Of a stretch of DNA of 64,000 nucleotides, positions 1 through 12,889 are shown in pieces (position 1 is the stretch's first letter; each line of letters opens with the position of its first letter). Location: NCBI RefSeq assembly GCF_018977255.1, contig NW_024704742.1, positions 73,286,001-73,350,000 on the forward strand. The letters run 5' to 3'. The translations under genes and the position numbers were made by a program. A model generated the notes under the pieces. It saw only the letters and a program-made list of their open reading frames with translations, was not told where the DNA came from and made no database searches. The DNA comes from Callorhinchus milii. Its lineage: Eukaryota.

Positions 1-1014
1 GCCAGTGGAGCCGGGCGAGATTGGGGGTGATAGACACATGGAAAGATGAGGAGGAGGCTGAGGGAAGATAGAAAGACGAAGGATGTCAGAGGAAAGTGCT
101 GGAAGGTTTGGGGGGAAATAAGAATTTGATGATGAGAATTTTTAAGGGAGGAACTCGAAAGTGTTTCACAGGAAATGCTGTATAATGGAATGGCTGCAGG
201 TTTTGTGGGAAAACAGATGGCATGACACTTCAAAAAGAAAAGGGTTTTCTCTCCTGGTGTCCTGTCCAACAATCCTGCAAATAAAATTGGTCACTCACTC
301 CATGGCTGTTTGTGGGACACGACTGTGCACACTGGCTCCTGTGTTTTGCCCACAAAATACACAGTACAGTATATCTTGTAAAGATCCTTTGAGACGTCTC
401 ACCGACATGATAAGGCGCTATATCAAATGCAAGACTTAGTTTTACTAAAGAGCGAGGTGTTTAGAAGAGGTGAAAGTTCCAGCGGTGTAAAAGGATTGGC
501 TGAGTAGAACTCTGGAGATGAGAGCCACTCCATCACCAAGAAGGTTGGTCCTAGCAGACTTTTGCCAGTCATCGTTCTGCATAGCTGATGTGACATTGTG
601 CGGATGAGCCCAATCCTGCTCTGCCTTGTGGATTTCCATGCACCAGCAGGTCTAATCGTACGGTCTCCTCCTATTCTTATATTCCTAATAATGATGGGGA
701 TTTACAGGAGTAAGGATGGGGGTTACAGTGGATCACGCCTAGATTCTACATATATTGCTCACTGTTCATTCAATCATTCAACAACAACAGCAACAATTTG
801 CATTTAAAAACCGCCCAAGTGCTCAATCAGTGAAGCACCACTGTTCCCAACTATCCAATGCTCTCAGTAGATCTAGGCGGTCAGGNAAAAAGTTTAAAGT
901 TCTATAAACCTCCTTCGCATTTTCGGTGATTTCAAATAAACAACTGCAGGTTTTTTTTGGTGCCTGACACATTGAAACATCTCAGAGCACTGCTCAAGTG
1001 CATTGATTGCTCCC

Positions 1015-1420
1015 AACCCCCAGAAGATAGAGTTCAAAGTTCTCATCCTCGCCTTCAAGGTCCTCCATGGCCTTGCCCCCTCCTACCTCGGTGCTAACTC
1101 CATATCAACCTGTCCGCTTCCTCCGTTCAGCAGGCTCTGGCCTGCTTCACATCCCCCGCCACCATCGGTGGTCAGGCCTTCAGCCTCTTTGCCCCCACAC
1201 TTTGGAACTCCATCCCACAGTCCCTCCTCCTCGCTCCCTCTCTTGCCTCCTTCAAGGCATGCCTCAAGACCCTCCTCTTTGACCGTGCCTTTGGCCCAGC
1301 CACCTTCTGTCCCTCTCTGCCCTCCACCCTCCCTGATCCCAACACCCCCCGCCCCACTGTCCAGCACCTCGGGACGTCCTCCCGACGTGAAAGGCGCAAT
1401 ACAAAAATATTGTATTATTC
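1015..1420 (+). mobile_element. L2 3' fragment
   Basis: [21 protein letters not shown] plus the L2 tail gggacgtcctcccgacgtgaaaggcgc. Confidence 0.85.
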
Positions 1421-1529
1421 TGACAGAATAACTATACGATAGCAACACAATTATTGTAAATATAGTTATCTGATTTGTCAATAGTAGATGAAAAAAAAAG
1501 AAAAAAACCCTCTGTGCCCCCCCCCCCCA

Positions 1530-4500
1530 GGGCTCACATCAGAGCCCACTATGGTCCTGTTGGGTTGGCTGCCCCAATCTACGGGATAATGCCATCCACC
1601 TGACCGCTCGCTCCCGGTCCCCGCGTGCGCACTATGGCTGCCGCTTTGACCCGAGCCCCCTCACCCCCTCCCTCCCGCCCCCCTCCTCTCTCCCCCAAAC
1701 CCTCCCCCCTCTGCATCTCTCCCGCTCTGTCCTCCTCTCTCTCCGTCCCTCTCGTCTTCTATCCCCACTTGACCCTCCCACAACCTCCCTCTGTTCCAGC
1801 CTGGGAATCCTCCGCCGGGCTCACCGTGGCACTCGGCGTTGGCTGTCCAGCAGCAGCCACACCGACTGCCCCATTCCCCACCACTCTCGCCACCCACCCC
1901 GGACACAGACCCGGGGAGTCAACCTCTCCTCCCTTATCCCCATCCCCCCACCCCTGCCTCACAACCTGGACCCCCCTCCCCTCCCACACACCCTTCTGTC
2001 AACCGCTCCCTCCACATCGGACTGCAAAATGTCCGCTCCCTCTGCAACAAGGCCCTGGTCATCAACGATCTCATCCTTGATGAGAACGTTGATATCATGG
2101 CCTTAACAGAAACCTGGCTCACCCCAGGCGACACCTTCCCCCTCACGGAGGCCACACCACCCGGCTACACCTCCCACCACATCCCCCGCCCCAACCGCCG
2201 TGGCGGTGGTGTTGCCCTTATCTCAAGGACACCACTTGCCCTATCCCCTTACTCCACTGGCTCTTTCCCCTCCTTTGAGCACCTCACCCTCTCCCACCCC
2301 TCATTCCTCTCCCTTAAAATCCTCCTCCTCTACCGGCCCCCTAAAACCTCTCCCACCTTCATCTCTGACATTTCAACACTCCTCACATCTCTTTGCCTCT
2401 GCTCTGATCGCCTCATCATCCTGGGCGACTTTAACCTACACTTCACCCCCTCCTGCTCCATCTCCACAGACTTCTCTTCCCTGCTCTCCTCACTCAACCT
2501 CTCCTTACACATAAACTCCCCCACTCACAGTCACGGCCACCCACTCGATTTGGTGATCACCCGGGGCCTCAGTGTCTCGGATGTCACTATTACCGACAAG
2601 GCCATCTCTGACCACCACTTCATCTCCTTCACCACCTCCACCCCCCTCCCCACCTCCACCAGACCCACCACCATCTTCTACCGCCCTTGGAAGAAGTTAC
2701 CCCCACAATCCCTAACCGATGCCTTGGAGTCCTCTGAACTCCTCTCCCTCTGGCCTTCAACCCTCACCGACCCCTCTTCTCCTCTCTCCCTCCTCCACAA
2801 TACCCTCTCCTCCACACTCGATACTCTTGCCCCCATCACTTCCCGCACTGTCTCCTACTCCCGCTCCTCCCCCTGGTACACCACCCACCTCCGCTCACTG
2901 AAAAGCCAGGTGCGGGCTGCTGAACGCACCTGTGTCAAATCTGGCCTAACGGTCCACCGACAAATCTGGCTGGACCTCCTCAAAATTTACCGCTCCACTC
3001 TAGCCTCGGCCAAGTCGTCCTTCTACTCCAGGATAATCCTGGAGGCGAAGAACAACCCCAGGCTACTGTTTTCCACCACAACCCGACTCCTCCGTCCCCC
3101 CCGCCACCCCGCGCAGGTCATCTCCTCCAACCTTCACTGCGAGGAGATGCTGGATTTCCTTGAATCCAAGATCAAGGGAATCCGCTCCGCGGTCACTTCC
3201 CCTCCAACTTCCACCAACCCCCCACCCCCTCCCTCCCACACTCCGACTCCTACCCATCCTCCCCTACACACCTTCGTACCCGTTTCCCCACCCTCTGTCA
3301 CTGAACTCATCCTATCCCTAAAACCAACCACCTGCTCCCTTGACCCCATCCCCACTCCACTCCTTATCTCCCAGCTCCACTTTCTTGCCCCACATATCAC
3401 TGACATCATCAACCTGTCCCTCTCCTCTGGCTCTGTCCCCATTCCCTTAAAAACTGCCACCATCACGCCCACCCTGAAAAAACCCTCCCTTGATGCGTCG
3501 CAGCTATCAAGCTACCGGCCCATCTCCAACCTCCCCTTTCTCTCCAAGGTCCTGGAAAGAGTTGTCGCCTCCCAACTGCGCTCTTTCCTTTCCACCCATT
3601 CTCTTTTCGAACCCCTTCAGTCAGGTTTCCGTGCTGCCCATAGCACAGAAACTGCCCTGGTCAAGGTCACCAATGATATCCTGACCATCTGTGACCAGGG
3701 CTCCCTCTGCCTCCTCGTCCTCCTCGACCTATCGGCAGCATTCGATACGGTCGACCACGCTATCCTACTCCACCGCTTGTCCTCCCACCTCAACCTTCAA
3801 GGCACTGTCCTTGAATGGTTTAGGTCGTACCTTTCTCACCGTCTTCACTTTGTCTCCACGAATGGCTTCTCCTCCACCCCCCGTACTGTCTCATGTGGTG
3901 TCCCTCAGGGCTCTGTCCTCGGTCCCCTCCTCTTCACCCTCTATATGCTCCCCCTTGGTGACATCATCCGCAGACATGGAGTTAACTTCCACATGTATGC
4001 GGATGACACCCAACTCTACCTTTCCTCCTCTACTCTCAACTCCACGACCACCGATGTCCTGACAGCCTGCCTGTCCGACATCGAGTCCTGGACGAGAGAC
4101 AACTTTCTTCAGCTCAACGTGCGAAAAACCGAGGCCCTCCTGATTGGCTCACGTCAGCGCCTCCGCACCTCAGGCGCTGACACCATCAGCATCCAAGGCT
4201 GCACTCTCCACCTCTCAAAGCCAGTCAGGAACCTCGGCGTTTTGTTCGACCCTGAGCTGTCCTTTCTCCCTCACATCCGCACCACAACTGGCACCGCCTT
4301 CCATCACCTCCGGAACATCGCCAGACTACGGCACTACCTCACCCCTCACGCTGCTGAAACCCTGGTTCACGCCTTTGTCACCTCAAGGCTGGACTATGGG
4401 AACTCTCTCCTCGCCGGCCTTCCCGCCACCTCCCTCCACAAGCTGCAGGTCATTCAGAACTCTGCAGCTCGTGTACTGTCCCGCACCAGGCTTCGGGACC

Positions 4501-5030
4501 ACATCACTCCCACCCTCGCTCGCCTCCACTGGCTCCCCATCCCCCAGAGGATTGATTTCAAGATCCTCATCCTCACCTATAAGGCCATTCACGGCCTTGC
4601 TCCCTCCTACCTCTCCGACCTACTATCCCCCTACCTACCTGCCCGTACCCTCCGTTCCTCCGGCTCCGGTCTGCTCCACGTCCCCCGCCCCAATCGCCCT
4701 ACCATCGGTGGTCGGGCCTTCAGCCTCTCAGCCCCCAGGCTCTGGAACTCCATCCCCCAGTGCCTTCGCCGCCTCCTCCCTTTCCTCCTTCAAGGCCGGT
4801 CTCAAAACCTTTCTCTTTGACCGAGCCTTCAGCTCCCCTCTCGACTCTCTTCCCCCTCGCTCCCTCCTTTCCCTCCCCTCACCCTGACCATTTCCCCCTG
4901 CTCGCTCCCTCCCTTCCTCCCTCACCCTGACCATTTCCCCCTGCTCGGGTCCTGACCCAACTGTGCAGCGCCTTGGGATGTCCTCCTGACGTGAAAGGCG
5001 CTTTATAAATGGAATCTTGTTGTTGTTGTT
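1530..5030 (+). mobile_element. Near full-length L2 (LINE2) retrotransposon with APE endonuclease and reverse transcriptase
   Basis: ORF 1839-4820 has APE motifs (QNVRSL, LTETWL, LYRPP, LGDFN, LDL, SDH) and RT motifs ([37 protein letters not shown]); 3' stem-loop tail and (TTG)n end. Confidence 0.96.
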
Positions 5031-5414
5031 GAATGTCTCACATATCAATGGTGATAAACTAAAGTACACTAACTCTACCAGTTTAACAGTAAGGATCAGT
5101 GAGGATGGCGAGGAGATGGTAAATTGAACAGCATACCTTGTTTCAATTTTCCAATTTTAAATGTCTGAACAGTTTTTTTCAAGAGGATTTGTTGCTTTTC
5201 AGCTAATTCATCACCTGGGAGAGGATGTGCAATGACACAATCTCAGTAGCAGAAATACCTGTTGCAAACCTTCCAAGGGCACAACGACATACAGCAAAAT
5301 GCTACCATGACATGCTCTCTGGTCAGGTTAAGCCTTGGAGTTTTGAATACGGTTGTAGTTGTGTGGCGTAAGGGGGCTGCATAGGCCCTAGAAGCAGTGC
5401 ATACATGAGCAACG

Positions 5415-5710
5415 AGGATGATCCCCAGTGTTAAAGAAATGAGCTGAAAAAGTTGAACCCAGAACAAATCTTTAGGATGCACCAAGACAGTAGAAAAGAG
5501 GACATAGATTTAGATTTTTAAGGGACAATTTCCAAACAGATACCAGAAAGTTTTTCTTTGCCCAGAGGATAATTAACATCTGGACCCGGTTGCCGGGGAG
5601 GGTGGTTGAGGTCAGGACACTAGACTCGTTTAAACAGCTTGTTGCTGTGATGGGAAGATTAAAGGGTGGATATTCTGGAAGGATGAAATCAGATGGTCCA
5701 ATCTTGTGAA
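5415..5710 (+). mobile_element. Degraded CR1 3' fragment
   Basis: RGH...RKFFF..RIINIW-like CR1 ORF2 C-terminal sequence. Confidence 0.6.
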
Positions 5711-5739
5711 CTATGAATGTGTGCTCTTTCCTTGCCGTC

Positions 5740-6390
5740 AGGTTTGACCCACAGCTGTTCTTTCCCCACATCCGGTCCCTGACCAGAACTGTCTTCCTCC
5801 ATCTCCGCTACATTGCCAGCCTCCGACCGTACCTTACCCTGGACGCAGCTGAACCACTCATCCATACGTTCGTCACTTCCTGACTTGACTTCTCAAATGC
5901 TCCCTTTGCCGGTCTCCCTAGCTCCACCATGCACAGGATCCAGCTGATCCAAAATTCTGCCGCCCGCATATTCACCCATACTAAACTCTGTACAATCTCA
6001 CCAGTTCTAGCTAAGCTCCACTGGCTTCCCATCACCGAATGGGTTGAATTGAAGATCCTCAAACCAGTTTTCAATCCCTTCATGCCCTGGCAGCTCCCTA
6101 CCTTTCCAACCTGCTTACCCCCCAACACACAACCCGCTGCCTCTGATCTACTGGCTCCAGCCTTCTGCATGTCCCTCGTGCCCTCCGTTGTGCTTTTAGC
6201 CACTATGCCCTGAAACTCTGGAACACCCTTTATCCCTCAGCCTTGCCCCTTCCTTCCCCATTTTCAGGTTGTGCCTGAAGACTTTCCTACGGTCACCTCC
6301 CCTTCCCCCAGCTCTGCCGCTGTCAAGCACTCTGGGATGCTACCCTGTGTGAGGGGTGCTTTATAAATGCAAGTTGTTGTTTCTTGTTGT
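5740..6390 (+). mobile_element. L2 3' fragment
   Basis: IQLIQNSAARIF...LHWLP and L2 tail. Confidence 0.85.
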
Positions 6391-7218
6391 TCTAATTCCC
6401 TCCTTAAGACCTACCTTTCAGACTATGCTTATGGTCACCTCCCTCTCCCCCCTCTCCCTTACTCAGTGTCCAATCCCGCTATTGTGTAGAACTCTGAGAC
6501 CCTGTCCTGGGTGAAGGGCGCTATATAACTGCAGGTTGTTGTTATTGCTTGAGCTTTCCCAAACAATCACAGGAAGCAGAAGTTTGTGAATATATTTCCA
6601 TGGAAATCACGAAGAATAAAAACAACAAACAGATCAGAGTTTTAAAATCTAAAATTATTCTTAGCAAATTCATATCCATGTGAACAAAGGATGGATTTTA
6701 TGCATATATATGCTGCTATAAAAGCAGGAGGAAATACTATTCAGTATTTTAATAGTAGTCATACAGCATGTACTCTTGTTACCAGATCTGCACCTGCTTC
6801 ATTTATACTCCCTTCCCTCTCCCCACCCTTTCCGTATCTCATCACATTACATTGGGACGTCCTCCTGACATGAAAGGCACTATACAGATGTAATTTTGTT
6901 GTTGTTGTTGGGTTCCAGCAGCACTGTTGTTGACATGACATTGCCCATTGTGTTGGTGAGCCCAATCCTTTGCCTGGTGGATTTCCATGCAGCAGCAGAT
7001 TTAATTGTATGGCCTGCTCCTGTTCCTATGTTTCCATATTAATGGGAGGTTACAGTAGTACAATAAAATACAATTTACATTGTTCAATGGTCAGAGCACT
7101 CGACTCGCAAATGAGAGACCTGGGCTTGATTCCCAGCAGGGCGAAACCTTAGGCAAGTTTCCTTACTCCCCACACCCGATAATAATCCCTCAAGAAATTA
7201 AAAATAAAATAATAATTT

Positions 7219-8200
7219 GGTACATCAACGATCTTGATGAGGATATCGAAGTTAATATATCTAAATTCGCGGATGACACAAAACTAGGAGGAAGTGTCAG
7301 CACAGAGGACCACATTAAAAAAATGCAGCGAGACATAGATAGGTTAGGTGATTGGGCAGGTACGTGGCAGATGAAGTATAACGTAGGGAAGTGCAAAGTC
7401 ATCCACCTAGGCAGCAAAAACAGTAGAGCGGGTTATTTTTTAGAAGGGGAGAGATTCGAATGTGTTAGCGTCCAGAGGGACTTGGGTGTCTTTGTGCACC
7501 AATCACAGAAAGTTAGTCTGCAGGTGCAGCAAACAATTAGGAAGGCGAACGGTATGTGAGCATTCATTATGAAAGGATTAGAGTATAAGAGTAGGGAAGT
7601 CTTGCTGCAACCGTATAGGGCCCTGGTGAGACCACACCTGGAATACTGTGTGCAGCTTTGGTCTCCTCATTTAAGGAAGGATGTACTTGCCTTGGAGGGG
7701 GTGCAGCGTAGATTTACTAGGTCAGTACCTGGGATGAAGGGATTGAGTTACGAGGATAGGCTGACCAATTTGGGCCTATATTCTCTAGAATATAGAAGAA
7801 TTAGAGGGGATCTTATAGAAACCTATAAGATCATCAAAGGGCACAATAGAGTAGATAGTGGGAGATTGTTTCCACTGGTTGGAGAAACTAAAACCAGGGG
7901 TCACAACCTTAAAATCAGAGGCCAACCCTTTCGCACTGAGTTGAGGAAGAACTTCTTCACTCAAAGGGTGGTGAATGTATGGAACTCACTACCCCAAAGG
8001 GCTGTTGATGCTCAGTCCTTGAACATATTCAAGACTGAGATAGATAGATTTCTTATTGCAAAAGGGATTAAGGGATATGGGGATAAGGCAGGGTCAGGTT
8101 ATTAGCTGGAGTTAGATTAGAAGATCAGCCATGATTGAATGGCGGGGCAGGCTCCAAAGGCCGAATGGCCTACTCCTGCTCCTACATGTTATGCTATGTT
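7219..8200 (+). mobile_element. 5'-truncated CR1 LINE inserted into a SINE
   Basis: YINDL...KFADDTKLGG, LVRPHLEYCVQLWSP, RRIRGDLIE, FFTQRVVNVWNSLP; one premature stop at 7557-7559; CR1 3' UTR gaatggcctactcctgctcc. Confidence 0.93.
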
Positions 8201-10079
8201 ATGTTTGTAGGACACTGCTGTGTGCAATTGGCTGCTGAGTTTCACCCACAAATATACAGTCTATTCTGTGAAGCGCTTTGATATGTCTAGAAGATGTGAA
8301 AAGCGCTATATCAATACAAGCATTATTATTAATAGTATTATTATTAGTAGTAGTATTATTTTCTTGTATGCTTTCATTCCTACCTTTCCCATCGTCTACA
8401 ATTTGTTTCTCCTCCTGGCCCACACTGTAACGTACAGTGTTCCCCAGGGCTCTATTCTTCGCCCTCTCCTTTTTAATATTTACATGCTTCCACTCGGTGA
8501 TATCATCCAAACGCATATGGTTAACTTCCACCCTCGACTCCAGGACCACTGCTGTCCTTTGGGACCTCCTCAGCGCTTTGGGACGTCCTCCCGATGTGAA
8601 AGACGCTCTGTAAATGTATTTTTGTTGTTGTTGTTGTCCTGACAGATTACCTGTCAGATATCAAGTCCTGGATGAGGGCTAATTTCCTCCACTTGAATAT
8701 TGACAAAGAGTGAGGCTCTCCTGCTTGGCTCCTGTCAGTGCCTCCTCACCTCAGGCACTGACAACACCACTATTCATGGATGCACTCTCCACCTCACCAA
8801 ATCAGTATGGAATCTTGGTGTGGTGTTCGACCCTCAACTGTCTTTGAAACCCGAGGTCTGTGCCATGACCCGTTCTGTCTTCCTCCTCCTCAGCAACATT
8901 GCCCAGCTCCACCACTACCTCTCCGCTTAGACTCCTGTTGGGTTCTGGACAATGAACAGAATAAAACCTACTTATTCTATTCAGCCCACTTTTAGTAAAG
9001 GACCCAAGAACAGAGGAACCAAAGACACTCAGTAACTTATCTTTGAAAATTTCTTTACGTAATATGAAATCAAGGTTTGTTATTCAAATATCACAATACA
9101 ACAGACAGGTCAACAGCATAGACAAACATCTGTATCAATGTCAGTTGGCAAATTCACAAACAACAGGCAAAAGTCTTGCATCAGATGAAAAGTCTCTTGT
9201 TTCAGACCTGAAACCTCTTGCTATGGTATATTGTTCACTAAGTAAAAGTTGATGATGGACAGCTGAGCTGTGCACTTTAATTGACAGTTGTTATACGTTG
9301 TTATTCTTCTCGTCCCATTACCTTTCAATCAATTTCAGACGTTCTGGAATTTCTGCAGTTTCCTTCTTCTCGAAATTGCTGGATATCACTGAGTGGATGC
9401 ATGTAAATATTAAAAAGGAGAGGGCCAAGGACAGAAACCTGGGGAACACCACAAGAGATGGTGCGAGAGCTGGAGGATTTTTATCCTCGTCTTTAAACCC
9501 CTCCACAGACTTGCTCCGCCTTACCTCTGTGACATCCTACAACCCTACCAACCTGTCCGATCCCTCAGCTCGGCAAGTACTGGCCTGCTTCATGTCCCCC
9601 ACCCTACCCACTCCACTATTGGAGGTTAGGCCTTAAGCCGTTCTGCACCCATCCTCTGAAACTCTATCCCAGAACCCTTCTGCCTCGTCCCTTCCCTTGC
9701 CTCCTTCAAGGCCCATCTCCAGAACTTCCTCTTCAACTGTGACTTTGGTTATCTTTCCACCAACACCTCCCTTGCCCTCCAATGCTCTTGTTTCCAGCCT
9801 GCAGCTTGGGTGCAGACCCTTGACTGGCCAATACATTGGGATATCCTCCTATATAAATGCAATTTGTTGTTATTTGTTCTTATTGTTGTGTCCAGTTTTG
9901 ATCATTCCAATTTAGAAATGATGTTATGATCACCATGAGGGTACAGATATTTACAGGGTGATGCCCAGTTGAGTGGTCTGATTCTGCAAGCCAAAGCCCT
10001 AACAGTTAGGGTGTTCCTAGCTAGACAAGCAGTAAGATGCTTGCCAGACAGTGCCTTCTAAACTTCCTAATCCTCTTCC

Positions 10080-10715
10080 TCAGACTCACCGAACCAGTGC
10101 GCAATTTAGGTATCTGGTTCAACCCCCCAGCTGTCCTTCCTTTCCCACATCTGGGCCCTGACCAGAACCACCTTCCTCCGCCTCCGCCATGTTGCCCGCC
10201 TCCGACTGTACCTTATCCCAAATGCAACCGAAATCCTCGTGCATACGTTTGTCACCTCACGCCTGGATTACTCAAACGCACTCCTTGCCGATCTCCCCAG
10301 CACCACTATTCGAAAAAATCCAGCTCATTCAAAACCTTGCTTCTCACATACTTACCTGGAACAAACTCTGTTCCCACATCTCACCAGTTCTGGCCAGGCT
10401 CCACTGGCTCCCCAAATGGATCGACTTCAAAATCCTCACATTAGTTTTCAAATCCCTTCACTCTCTGGCACCTCCCAACCTCTCCAACCTCCTCACTCTG
10501 CAATCCACCACCCAGCGCCTCCGCTCGACTGGCACCAGCCTCCTGCTTGTCCCTCTGACCCTCTGCTCCACTAATGGAGGTTGAGCATTCAGCCACTATG
10601 CTTTGGAACACTCTTGAACACTCTCCCTCAATCCCTCTGCTTTGCTCCTCTCTCCCCTTTTTCGAGACCCACCTGAAAACCTTCCTTTTCGACCATGTTT
10701 ATGCTCGCCTCCCCA
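10080..10715 (+). mobile_element. L2 3' fragment
   Basis: [27 protein letters not shown]. Confidence 0.85.
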
Positions 10716-11361
10716 TCTGGCTTGGTTTTAGCTGGTTAGACTCCTACAGTACCCCAACGCATACTCTGGGGTTCCCCGACCCTTGGCACTTGCCAATTTG
10801 CACCTTATCTTGGGAATTAAGTAAGCAGGGTGTGTCCCTCCCGGGAGGAAGTGTGCATTCCATTCTAGACACAGGAATTTCCATGTGAAGGTGGCATACA
10901 TGGAACTTGGAGTCTAGTTTGAATACCCTTAAGCATGTCAAAATCCCAGCTGACCAGCTGGTTTTGGAGGGATTATTATTAGGCGTGTGGCGTAAGGAAA
11001 CTTGCCCAAGGTTTCGCCCTGCCTGGAAATAAGGGAAATATGCAGGAAAGCAGTATTGAATGGATTGCTTTTTTAATGAGCCAGCAGAGATAATAATAAT
11101 AATAATAATCCTTGCATTTGATATAGCGCTTTTTCATGTCTTCTAGATGTCTCAATGGACCGAGGGATATATTCTGTGTTGTCAATTTCTTTGATTCTAC
11201 GGTTCTAAAGACTGTTAAAATCTGGCCTCCTTTAATATAGTCACGCAAAAATCAAAGGAATTATTTACAGAAAATTCACTGAAAATCAAAAATGCAAAAA
11301 ATTTGTAAAATCAAAATGAGCAGACAAGGTTTGAATATACAATTGCAGCTGCACACATAGC

Positions 11362-11367
11362 TTTATT
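11362..11367 (-). terminator. NANS: Probable NANS polyadenylation signal
   Basis: AATAAA on the minus strand about 65 nt after the stop codon. Confidence 0.65.
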
Positions 11368-11430
11368 GCCAATGTAAAAGTTTAATTCCTGCAATATCTA
11401 TACAAAAGCCCAAGATGATTTGCAGCAATT

Positions 11431-11613
11431 TTAAAACAATTCCTTAGTAATGGATTCATCTGCATCTATCTTGGTCTTTACTTTCTTCCCCACCAGAGCA
11501 AAGATCTCTTCAGGAGAAATGCCTTTGGGTTCCGCTACTTTCACAGTCAGCATATCCAGTGTCAGCGATGTTCCTGCTGGAATCGCCACCTTTGCCACCA
11601 CAGACTTGCCCAG
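11431..11613 (-). CDS. NANS: NANS coding exon 6 (antifreeze-type-III-like/SAF domain) with stop
   Basis: LGKSVVAKVAIPAGTSLTLDMLTVKVAEPKGISPEEIFALVGKKVKTKIDADESITKELF*; ctag acceptor; TAA at 11433-11431. The joined CDS is 1053 nt = 350 aa with no frameshift. Confidence 0.95.
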   Translation of the reverse strand: MGKSVVAKVAIPAGTSLTLDMLTVKVAEPKGISPEEIFALVGKKVKTKIDADESITKELF

Positions 11614-12105
11614 CTAGAGACAAAGGAAAAAGTATATTTTAATCATTTATAAAAGCCTAGAAGATGCATTGGTTGGGACTGCCCTCAACAGTGAAGTAAA
11701 ATTCTTAAACGTTCATAAAATATCCACAAATCAAAAACAGAAACAAACTCCATTGGAAAAGTGGTAATCTAAGCAGCCTAAAGCTGTACGTACGGTGTTC
11801 TTCACATTCAGAACCTTGGCTACATGGTGGTATCTTTCCAATAAAAAGTAGATTCAGCTCAATTTCCTCAGAAATCATGTTTCCTGGTGGATCTAACTAC
11901 CAAATTATGCCTTTGAAAATTATTTCAGACAATGTAACATTGATCATGATAAATTCCAACTAAAGTTTGCTTCACCATGTTTGTTCAAGAGATGTTGCTC
12001 TGCACATTGAAGGAAACACTTGTCACAGCAGAATATCCCGCCACATTACTTGGGTTCCATTTTATTTTAAATTGCTTTTTAGGTCAATGGTTTAAAATGA
12101 GTTAC

Positions 12106-12372
12106 CTTGCTTAAACAGTTCTCCTCACAAGGCAGCAAACGTTTGACGGAGGTCCCAAAAGCTCTCTCCACGATGCGGATTGAGCGAACCAGTTCTGTTA
12201 GCTCGTTTGGCTCCAGGGATGCTTCGTGATCATTGCCCTTCCAAGTTTTATCCAAGGTTACATGACGTTCCACAACTTTGGCTCCCATAGCTACTGCTGC
12301 TATAGTGATAGCAATTCCAGTTTCATGACCAGAATATCCAATGGGAATGTCTGGAAATTCCTTTTGGTATTC
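12106..12372 (-). CDS. NANS: NANS coding exon 5
   Basis: EYQKEFPDIPIGYSGHETGIA...ERHVTLDKTWKGNDHEASLEP...LLPCEENCLSK; ttcag acceptor, GTAAC donor; 267 nt. Confidence 0.97.
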
Positions 12373-12551
12373 CTGAAAGCAGGAAGTTAAGAATACAAAG
12401 AAAACAAACCTGAATAATATTCTTAATTTTGACCACAAATGCAACTGACAGTTTGGTCCTGGACCTCACAAATGAGACAAGTAAGTTACAATTGCCTGAA
12501 AATGATGTTAGAGAATGCATTTTAGTGATACATGTGCGACTATTTACTGAC

Positions 12552-12706
12552 CGTGATAACACGCAGATTAACATCCTCAGGAGACAGTGGGTATGCACTG
12601 GTGCATTGCAGGATGCAGAAGTTTGGATTAATCCCTTTCACAGTCTTGTAAATCTGTCTCACAATTTCAATGCTCTGCATTCCGCTGGAAATCACCATTG
12701 GATGGC
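12552..12706 (-). CDS. NANS: NANS coding exon 4
   Basis: (G)HPMVISSGMQSIEIVRQIYKTVKGINPNFCILQCTSAYPLSPEDVNLRVIT; tcag acceptor, GTCAGT donor; 155 nt; the upstream intron is only 83 nt. Confidence 0.96.
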
Positions 12707-12789
12707 CTGACATAACAAAATGAGAAGGTCAGCAAACTGAGAACTTCATCTACAGGGCAAAGAACAGAAAGTCTTCAGAAATCATTCAC

Positions 12790-12889
12790 CTTTTTTTGCA
12801 GTGGTTTCCAAATACAGAAAGTTATTTGAGTCTGCAGATGCAATTTTCAAGAAAGGCACATTGAGTTCATGAAGAAATTGGACTGCCAT
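12790..12889 (-). CDS. NANS: NANS coding exon 3
   Basis: MAVQFLHELNVPFLKIASADSNNFLYLETTAKK(G); cacag acceptor, GTGAAT donor; 100 nt. Confidence 0.96.

Noticed and set aside
1839..1841. ORF-track start of the 993-aa ORF
   Set aside because: It is a TTG in an off-frame segment; the real L2 N-terminus is in another frame.
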